NCBI RefSeq assembly: GCF_041625615.1
Contig: NZ_JBFJTF010000010.1
Coordinates: 2,999-26,998 of the forward strand
Direction: 5' to 3'
Length of the DNA stretch: 24,000 nt
DNA from: Immundisolibacter sp.
Lineage (GTDB): Bacteria > Pseudomonadota > Gammaproteobacteria > Immundisolibacterales > Immundisolibacteraceae
The notes below the pieces were generated by a model. The model worked only from the letters and a program-made list of their open reading frames with translations. It had not been told where the DNA came from and searched no databases. Of the stretch, positions 18,719 through 24,000 are shown in pieces (positions within the stretch are counted from its first letter, which is position 1; the number at the start of each line of letters is the position of its first letter). The translations under genes and the position numbers were made by a program.

Positions 18719-18793
18719 AAAAAAATCGGGAGTGCCGAGGCGCTCCCGATCGGAGGTATAAGAGGAGGAGAAACGACGTTCATTGCGAACGTC
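18719..18793 (-). ncRNA. Candidate ~75-nt small RNA: 5' hairpin, CU-rich anti-SD linker, intrinsic terminator
   Basis: The predicted minus-strand transcript is GACGUUC-GCAAU-GAACGUC, then GUUUCUCCUCCUCUUAUACCUCCG, then AUCGGGAG-CGCCUCGGCA-CUCCCGAU-UUUUUU. The first element is a 7-bp stem and the last is an 8-bp stem with a U-tract. It is bracketed by a near-consensus promoter. No ORF is compatible with it on that strand. Confidence 0.45.
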
Positions 18794-18800
18794 GAGGCAA

Positions 18801-18829
18801 ATGCTAGACAGCACTCACGCGCTTGTCAA
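18801..18829 (-). promoter_or_regulatory. Sigma-70-type promoter for the candidate sRNA
   Basis: The minus strand reads TTGACA-agcgcgtgagtgctgtc-TAGCAT. The -35 is perfect, the spacer is exactly 17 nt, and the -10 matches TATAAT at 4 of 6 positions including the invariant T-A...T. The 5' hairpin begins about 7 nt downstream. Confidence 0.45.
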
Positions 18830-19617
18830 CATTTTTTTCTGCGACCGCAAATATTTTGGAGCCACCCTTGCAAGACGTCATCGAATATCTCGACCGCGGC
18901 CCGCATCACATCGCCTACCGCCGGCTGTTTGGCCGCACGCCGGGCGTCATGTTCTGCGGCGGCTTCATGTCCGACATGACCGGCAGCAAGGCCACTGCGC
19001 TGGCCACCCACTGCGCGGCGCAACGTCGGGCCTTCGTGCGCTTCGACTATGCCGGCCATGGCGCCTCGGGCGGGCACTTCGAGGACGGCACCATCAGCCA
19101 GTGGCGCGACGACGCCCTGACGGCGCTGGACGCGCTCACCGAGGGCCCGCAGGTCGTCGTCGGGTCCTCGATGGGCGGCTGGATCGCTCTGTTGCTGGCC
19201 CTGGCCCGCCCCCAGCGCGTACGCGGACTGGTCCTGCTGGCGCCGGCGCCGGACTTCACGCAGACCATCCTCGACCACGAACTGTCGCCCACCGAGCGCG
19301 AGCGCCTGCAGTGCGACGGGCGCATCGAACGGCCGTCCGAGTATAGCGAACAGCCCTATGTGATCACCCGGCGGCTGATCGAGGACGGCCAGCGCCACCG
19401 GCTGCTCGATGCGCCCATCGCGCTGTCGTGTCCGGTGCGCATCGTGCACGGCATGCGCGACAGCGACGTCGCCTGGCAACAGTCCATCACGCTGATCGAA
19501 CGCCTGCAGGGCGAGGACAGCCACCTGACGCTGCTGAAGAACGGCGACCACCGACTGTCCGGCGACGCCGACCTCGCGCGCCTGACCGGACTGGTCGACG
19601 CCCTTTGCGGTGCGTGA
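18823..19617 (+). CDS. Alpha/beta-fold hydrolase; start uncertain, with TTG candidates at 18823, 18856 and 18868
   Basis: The frame contains a GSSMGG nucleophile elbow (GxSxG), a HG-type oxyanion region (FMSDMTG...DYAGHG), and late D and H residues (MRDSD, GDHRL). There is no in-frame ATG near the 5' end. TTG at 18868 is preceded by GGAG-N6 and is my preferred start; it would give MQDVIEYLDRG.... Confidence 0.8.
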   Translation: MSTFFSATANILEPPLQDVIEYLDRGPHHIAYRRLFGRTPGVMFCGGFMSDMTGSKATALATHCAAQRRAFVRFDYAGHGASGGHFEDGTISQWRDDALTALDALTEGPQVVVGSSMGGWIALLLALARPQRVRGLVLLAPAPDFTQTILDHELSPTERERLQCDGRIERPSEYSEQPYVITRRLIEDGQRHRLLDAPIALSCPVRIVHGMRDSDVAWQQSITLIERLQGEDSHLTLLKNGDHRLSGDADLARLTGLVDALCGA

Positions 19618-19626
19618 AGGCCTGCC

Positions 19627-20718
19627 TCAGACGTTGAAGCGGAAATGCACGACGTCGCCGTCCTGCACCACGTAGTCCTTGCCCTCCAGACGCCACTTGC
19701 CCGCTTCGCGAGCACCGGCCTCGCCGTTGCAGGCGATGAAATCGTCGTAGCCCACGACCTCGGCACGAATGAAGCCACGCTCGAAGTCGGTGTGGATCAC
19801 ACCGGCGGCCTGTGGCGCCGTGGCACCCCGCAACACGGTCCAGGCGCGCACTTCCTTCTCGCCGGCCGTGAAATAGGTCTGTAGCCCCAGCAGGCGATAG
19901 CCGGCGCGTATGACCCGATCCAGGCCCGGCTCTTCCAGGCCCAGTTCGGCCAGAAACTCACCGCGCGCGTCCATGTCGAGCTGCGCCAGTTCGGCCTCGA
20001 TGGCGGCGCTGACCGCCACCACCTCGGCGCCTTCCCCGGCCGCCCGCTGCCGCACCAGATCGAGCAGGGGGTTGTCTTCGAAGCCGTCCTCGGCCACGTT
20101 GGCGATGTACATCACCGGCTTGGCGGTGAGCAGGTGCAGCTCCTGCAGCGGCGCCGCCTCGTCGGCGCCCAGGCCCAGGCTGCGCACCGGCCGTGCGCCG
20201 TCCAGATGCGCGCGCACGCGTTCGAGCAGCGCCTGCTCCGCCAGCGCCGCCTTGTCGCCGGTCTTGGTGCGCTTGCCGACCCGCTGCAGGGCGCGTTCGA
20301 CCGTCTCCAGGTCGGCCAGGGCCAGCTCGGTGTCGATCACATCGATGTCACGCAACGGATCCACGCCACCGGCCACATGGACCACGTCGTCGTTCTCGAA
20401 ACAGCGCACCACGTGCGCGACGGCCTCGGTCTCGCGGATATTGGCCAGGAACTGGTTGCCCAGGCCCTCGCCGCGCGAGGCGCCGGCCACCAGGCCGGCG
20501 ATATCGACGAACGTCATGCTGGCCGGCACCACCTTCTGCGGCCGCACGATCCCGGCCAGCCGGTCCAGGCGCGGATCCGGCATCGCGACGATGCCGACGT
20601 GCGGATCAATGGTGCAGAACGGATAGTTCTCGGCCGCGATGCCGGCCTGCGTGAGAGCGTTGAACAAGGTCGACTTGCCGACGTTGGGCAGTCCGACGAT
20701 GCCACAGCGAAAACCCAT
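19627..20718 (-). CDS. ychF: Redox-regulated ribosome-binding ATPase YchF
   Basis: 363-aa ORF beginning [23 protein letters not shown]...NYPFCTIDP, with the C-terminal TGS-like domain ending [11 protein letters not shown]. It is a canonical YchF/OLA1. Confidence 0.95.
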   Translation of the reverse strand: MGFRCGIVGLPNVGKSTLFNALTQAGIAAENYPFCTIDPHVGIVAMPDPRLDRLAGIVRPQKVVPASMTFVDIAGLVAGASRGEGLGNQFLANIRETEAVAHVVRCFENDDVVHVAGGVDPLRDIDVIDTELALADLETVERALQRVGKRTKTGDKAALAEQALLERVRAHLDGARPVRSLGLGADEAAPLQELHLLTAKPVMYIANVAEDGFEDNPLLDLVRQRAAGEGAEVVAVSAAIEAELAQLDMDARGEFLAELGLEEPGLDRVIRAGYRLLGLQTYFTAGEKEVRAWTVLRGATAPQAAGVIHTDFERGFIRAEVVGYDDFIACNGEAGAREAGKWRLEGKDYVVQDGDVVHFRFNV

Positions 20719-20745
20719 GCGGTGAATCCTGAATAGCGGTGGAGG

Positions 20746-21336
20746 TCAGCCGGCGCCTGCACGCCGCGGACGGGTGTTGAGCTGCTGCATGACCGGCGCG
20801 ATCTCGCCATCAAGCAGCCGCGGCAAAGTGGCCAGCGCGGCATCGATGGCCGCCGCGATGCCCTGCGCCTGATCGCCCGGCGGCGTGCCGAGCACGTACG
20901 GCGTCACCAGCGGCGCCGCGCCGGGGTGGCCAATGCCCAGACGCAGGCGCAGGAAGGCCGGCGAACCGAAGGCGCCGATGATGCTGCGAAGACCGTTGTG
21001 GCCACCATGACCGCCACCGGCCTTCAGGCGCAGTTCGCCCGGCGGCAGGTCCAGTTCATCATGCGCCACGAGTATCTGCGCCACCGGGATCCGGTAGTAG
21101 GCGGCCAGCGCCTGCACCGCGCGGCCGCTGTCGTTCATGAAGGTCAGGGGCTTCAGCAGGCGCACGTCGCGACCGCCGTGGCGCAAGGTGGCCACCTCGC
21201 CGTGAAAGCGACGCTCGGTCTTCAGCGCCAGGTGTTCGGCCGCCACCAGGCGGTCCACAAACGAAAAGCCCGCGTTGTGCCGGGTATCGGCATAACGCGG
21301 GCCCGGGTTGCCGAGACCGACGATGAGCTGGATCAA
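20746..21336 (-). CDS. pth: Peptidyl-tRNA hydrolase
   Basis: 196-aa ORF: MIQLIVGLGNPGPRYADTRHNAGF...GGHGGHNGLRS. These are canonical Pth motifs. Confidence 0.95.
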   Translation of the reverse strand: MIQLIVGLGNPGPRYADTRHNAGFSFVDRLVAAEHLALKTERRFHGEVATLRHGGRDVRLLKPLTFMNDSGRAVQALAAYYRIPVAQILVAHDELDLPPGELRLKAGGGHGGHNGLRSIIGAFGSPAFLRLRLGIGHPGAAPLVTPYVLGTPPGDQAQGIAAAIDAALATLPRLLDGEIAPVMQQLNTRPRRAGAG

Positions 21337-21366
21337 CGCTGCGTCGTGGCCGCTGGCGACACCGAC

Positions 21367-22011
21367 TCAGTCGGCGCCGCCCTCACCCTCACCGGCTTCC
21401 TCGCCGGTCTGTTCCGGCTCCACCTCGGCACGACGCGGCGGATGGATGGACACCACCGGCAGGTCGTGGTCGGCGCCCAGCGCCAGCGCCGGAACGCTCA
21501 CGCCCGACGGCAGCTTCAGATCCGACAGGTGCAGCGAATGGCCCAGTTCCAGAGCACTGACGTCGACCTCGATGAACTCGGGCAGATCCTTGGCCAGACA
21601 CTCGATCTCGAGCTCGGGCATCAGGTGCGAGATCACGCCGCCGGCCTGCTTGACGCCCGGCGCCACGTCCTCGCCCACGAAGTGCACCGGCACCGTCATG
21701 CGCAGCTTGCGGTCGGCGCTGACACGCAGGAAGTCCAGGTGCAGCACCTGCCGCTTGTAGGGGTGCATCTGCACATCGCGCAGCACCACCTGCTCGCTGC
21801 GGCCGTCCACGTCCACCGTCAGCACGTGGGAATGGAAGGCTTCCTTTTCCAGGTGGTGGATGGTGTCGTTGTGATCCAGCGTAATCTCGGCGTTGGCCTG
21901 ATTGCCGCCATAGATGACGGCCGGCACGCGGCCGGCACGGCGCAACCGGCGCGACGCACCCGTCCCGCCAGCGCTGCGCGGCTCGGCGGCAATCTCAAAC
22001 TGGTTTTCCAT
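21367..22011 (-). CDS. rplY: 50S ribosomal protein L25/general stress protein Ctc
   Basis: 214-aa ORF: RRLRRAGRVPAVIYGG...VQMHPYKRQVLHLDF, plus an acidic C-terminal tail. It is the long (Ctc) form of L25, located between prs and pth as usual. Confidence 0.92.
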   Translation of the reverse strand: MENQFEIAAEPRSAGGTGASRRLRRAGRVPAVIYGGNQANAEITLDHNDTIHHLEKEAFHSHVLTVDVDGRSEQVVLRDVQMHPYKRQVLHLDFLRVSADRKLRMTVPVHFVGEDVAPGVKQAGGVISHLMPELEIECLAKDLPEFIEVDVSALELGHSLHLSDLKLPSGVSVPALALGADHDLPVVSIHPPRRAEVEPEQTGEEAGEGEGGAD

Positions 22012-22140
22012 GACCGGAAACTCCGTGGCAACGGTATGACGCAGGCTTCGCGGCCGACCCCGTCAGCGGTCGGGCTGGCCACGCTGCGCGAAAAAAACGG
22101 AACGCGAAATAGTACTACAGGTTTACGGGAACGCCGACGC

Positions 22141-23094
22141 TCAACCCATCAGCAAGGTGCTGACCGAATCCTCGTCGCTGATGCGGCGCATGGTCTCGGC
22201 CAGCAGCTCGGCGATGCTCAGCTGGCGAATGCGCGGGCAGTCCGCCGCATCGGCGCGCAACGGCAACGTGTCGGTCACCACCAGCTCGTCCAGGCTGCTG
22301 CGCATGATGTTCTCGACCGCCTTGCCGGACAGCACCGGGTGCGTGACGTAGGCCACCACGCGCACGGCGCCGTGCTGCTTGAGCGCATCGGCCGCCTTGC
22401 CAAGCGTGCCGGCGGTATCGACCAGGTCGTCGATCATCACGCAGGTACGCCCCCCGACGTCGCCGATGATGTTCATCACCTGCGACTGGTTGGCGCGCGG
22501 CCGGCGCTTGTCGATGATGGCCAGGTCGGCGTCGTCCAGGTGCTTGGCCAGCGCCCGGGCGCGCACCACGCCACCGACATCCGGCGACACCACCATCAGG
22601 TCGTCGTAGCGATGACGCCAGATGTCGCCCAGCAGCACCGGCGAGGCGTACACGTTGTCGATGGCGATGTCGTAGAAGCCCTGGATCTGGTCCGCATGCA
22701 GGTCGACCGTCAGCACCCGGTCGGTCCCGGCGGCGGCGATCATCTTGGCCACCACCTTGGCCGAGATCGGTACCCGCGCACCCAGCATGCGCCGATCCTG
22801 TCGCGAGTACCCCATGTAGGGCATGACCGCCGTGATGCGCGCCGCCGACGCCCGACGCATGGCGTCGACCATGATCAGCAGCTCCATCAGATTCTCGTCG
22901 GTCGGCGCACCGGTGGACTGGACGATGAACACGTCCTTGCCACGCACGTTGTCGATGACCTCGACCTGCGCCTCGCCGTCGCTGAAACGGTCCACGACCG
23001 CCTTGCCCAGTGGCTGGCCGAGGTACTGGGAAATGGATTCAGCCAGTTTCGGACAGGCACTGCCCGAAAACACCATCATGCCGCCGTAGGCCAT
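22141..23094 (-). CDS. prs: Ribose-phosphate pyrophosphokinase
   Basis: 317-aa ORF: [12 protein letters not shown]...[20 protein letters not shown]...[10 protein letters not shown]...[11 protein letters not shown]...DDLVDTAGT. These are canonical Prs motifs. The start may be at one of the downstream ATGs, 23079 or 23076. Confidence 0.95.
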   Translation of the reverse strand: MAYGGMMVFSGSACPKLAESISQYLGQPLGKAVVDRFSDGEAQVEVIDNVRGKDVFIVQSTGAPTDENLMELLIMVDAMRRASAARITAVMPYMGYSRQDRRMLGARVPISAKVVAKMIAAAGTDRVLTVDLHADQIQGFYDIAIDNVYASPVLLGDIWRHRYDDLMVVSPDVGGVVRARALAKHLDDADLAIIDKRRPRANQSQVMNIIGDVGGRTCVMIDDLVDTAGTLGKAADALKQHGAVRVVAYVTHPVLSGKAVENIMRSSLDELVVTDTLPLRADAADCPRIRQLSIAELLAETMRRISDEDSVSTLLMG

Positions 23095-23147
23095 GGATTC
23101 CTCGCCGAGAAGAGCCGCGCGCCGAGCCCGGCGCGATCAGTCGAAAA

Positions 23148-23222
23148 TGGCTGGGGTGCCAGGATTCGAACCTGGGAATGCGGGGATCAAAACCCCGTGC
23201 CTTACCGCTTGGCGACACCCCA
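23148..23222 (-). tRNA. tRNA-Gln, anticodon UUG
   Basis: The minus strand reads TGGGGTGTCGCCAAGCGGTAAGGCACGGGGTTTTGATCCCCGCATTCCCAGGTTCGAATCCTGGCACCCCAGCCA, 75 nt. It has a U1:A72 pair, discriminator G73, anticodon stem CGGGG/CCCCG with loop TTTTGAT, a GGTTCGAATCC T-arm and an encoded CCA. The ispE-tRNA-Gln-prs position is typical. Confidence 0.93.
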
Positions 23223-23325
23223 GCGGAAATCGGTTGTGTCAGTCGTCCAGCAACGGGTGGCGATTGAGACCGCGCACCACCCAGCCACGCCAGGGCGCCG
23301 GCAGCGCCGCCAGCGCCTGCGCCGC

Positions 23326-24000
23326 CTACGCGTGTCCCTCGAAGCGGGCGAAAAGACTCCCGCCGGTACCGGAAAGTTGCGCCCGCCCGTAGCGGCTCAG
23401 CCATCTATAGGCAGCATCCACGGCCGGATACAGCTGGCGAACCACCGCCAGACAATCGTTGCCGGTCGTTCCGTCACGAAAGCGTGAAATTGTGATTGGC
23501 GGGGTATTGCGTGTCAATTTTGGGTGCCCGAACACGGCCGCCGTGGCCACCGCGGCGCCGCAGTCGACAATGAGGTACCACGGCTGATCCAGCTCGATCG
23601 GCGTCAGGCGCTCGCCCACCCCCTCCGCCCAGGCCGCCCGCCCACCGATGAACACCGGCACATCGGCACCCAGCGCAAGACCAATCCCGGCCAGCGCCTC
23701 GCGCGGCAGGCGCAGGTCCCACAGCCGGTTCAACGCCAGCAGCACGGTGGCGGCGTCCGAACTGCCGCCGCCCAGACCACCGCCCATCGGAACGCGCTTG
23801 GTCAACGCAATGTCCACGCCCTGCCGGCAGCCGCTGTGCACCTGCAACGCGCGCGCCGCACGGACGCACAGATCTTGCTCGGGCGGCACGCCGGGCAGCG
23901 GCGTGAGCATACGCAGCGCGCCATCGGCACGGGGCGTCAGGTGCAGCGTGTCGCACAGGTCGACGAACTGGAACACCGTCTGCAGCAGGTGGTAACCGTC
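23326..24000 (-). CDS. ispE: 4-diphosphocytidyl-2-C-methyl-D-erythritol kinase; 5' end lies beyond the window and the reading frame is ended early by an in-frame TAG (see finding)
   Basis: The minus-strand frame is open to the window edge: DGYHLLQTVFQFVDLCDTL...KRVPMGGGLGGGSSDAATVL...GADVPVF...SGTGGSLFARF. These are GHMP-kinase/IspE motifs. TAG lies at 23326-23328. An in-frame, IspE-like 28-codon continuation ends at TGA 23239-23241. Confidence 0.85.
   Translation of the reverse strand, partial: DGYHLLQTVFQFVDLCDTLHLTPRADGALRMLTPLPGVPPEQDLCVRAARALQVHSGCRQGVDIALTKRVPMGGGLGGGSSDAATVLLALNRLWDLRLPREALAGIGLALGADVPVFIGGRAAWAEGVGERLTPIELDQPWYLIVDCGAAVATAAVFGHPKLTRNTPPITISRFRDGTTGNDCLAVVRQLYPAVDAAYRWLSRYGRAQLSGTGGSLFARFEGHA

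Noticed and set aside
18658-18762. AT-rich 34-aa plus-strand ORF (MKKLNIYIKNALTERSFSALAKKSGVPRRSRSEV), partly antisense to the candidate sRNA terminator. I considered it as a type I toxin-antitoxin-like pair.
   Set aside because: There is no SD or recognisable promoter. The peptide is basic and hydrophilic rather than a hydrophobic membrane toxin. The ORF is simply the tail of a long spurious frame antisense to htpX. Its second half is forced by the terminator hairpin sequence.
18783-19346. 187-aa ORF starting at TTG downstream of the strong plus-strand AGGAGGAG motif.
   Set aside because: It is out of frame with, and completely overlaps, the well-supported alpha/beta hydrolase. The product is Arg/Pro/Gly-rich. 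The SD-to-start spacing is about 14 nt. The AGGAGG is better explained as the complement of the CU-rich sRNA linker.
23148-23222. Whether the tRNA-Gln next to the amber-interrupted ispE could be a supE-like amber suppressor.
   Set aside because: The anticodon loop reads TTTTGAT, i.e. anticodon UUG, a normal Gln decoder for CAA/CAG rather than CUA.
20926-23487. 853-aa plus-strand ORF spanning pth, rplY, prs and tRNA-Gln. Similar long ORFs occur at 14030..15871 (-, 613 aa), 9433..11154 (-, 573 aa), 15453..17081 (-, 542 aa), 3256..4707 (+, 483 aa), 7352..8716 (+, 454 aa) and 6481..7821 (+, 446 aa).
   Set aside because: All lie antisense to genes with unmistakable conserved protein motifs, cross tRNA genes or several gene boundaries, and encode Arg/Gly/Ala/Pro/His-rich low-complexity sequence. 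Long stop-free antisense frames are expected in GC-rich DNA. No family motifs are recognisable.

Overview
This is a GC-rich, densely packed chromosomal core segment with beta/gammaproteobacterial-type synteny. I did not compute GC content, and taxon assignment is not possible from this window alone. There are about 31 protein-coding genes and 2 tRNAs, nearly all housekeeping. In order they are: fimV(5' part)-asd-leuB-leuD-[small lipoprotein]-leuC on the minus strand; an orphan ORF; MFS transporter-aroC-CDF transporter-TusA-like on the minus strand; mobA-pyk; tRNA-Ala(CGC); a Sel1-repeat protein; TauE/SafE permease; folA-thyA; apaG-thiS-thiG-trmB; a DUF1015 protein; htpX; an alpha/beta hydrolase; and ychF-pth-rplY-prs-tRNA-Gln(UUG)-ispE on the minus strand. 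I see no mobile element, CRISPR array, defence island or obvious accessory cassette, so the region is essentially ordinary. Five things deserve a second look. (1) An in-frame TAG in the essential ispE gene, with the conserved C-terminus continuing in frame behind it. (2) A compact promoter/hairpin/CU-rich linker/terminator unit in the htpX-hydrolase intergenic region that looks like an unannotated ~75-nt small RNA with 16S-like anti-Shine-Dalgarno motifs. (3) A 41-aa entericidin-type lipoprotein ORF between leuC and leuD that is too short for the ORF track. (4) An unusually long, hairpin-dense thiS-thiG spacer with mutually exclusive pairings. (5) A very strong htpX terminator that directly abuts the DUF1015 start. 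The many long ORFs antisense to or out of frame with these genes, up to 853 aa, are stop-codon-poor artefacts of the GC-rich sequence.
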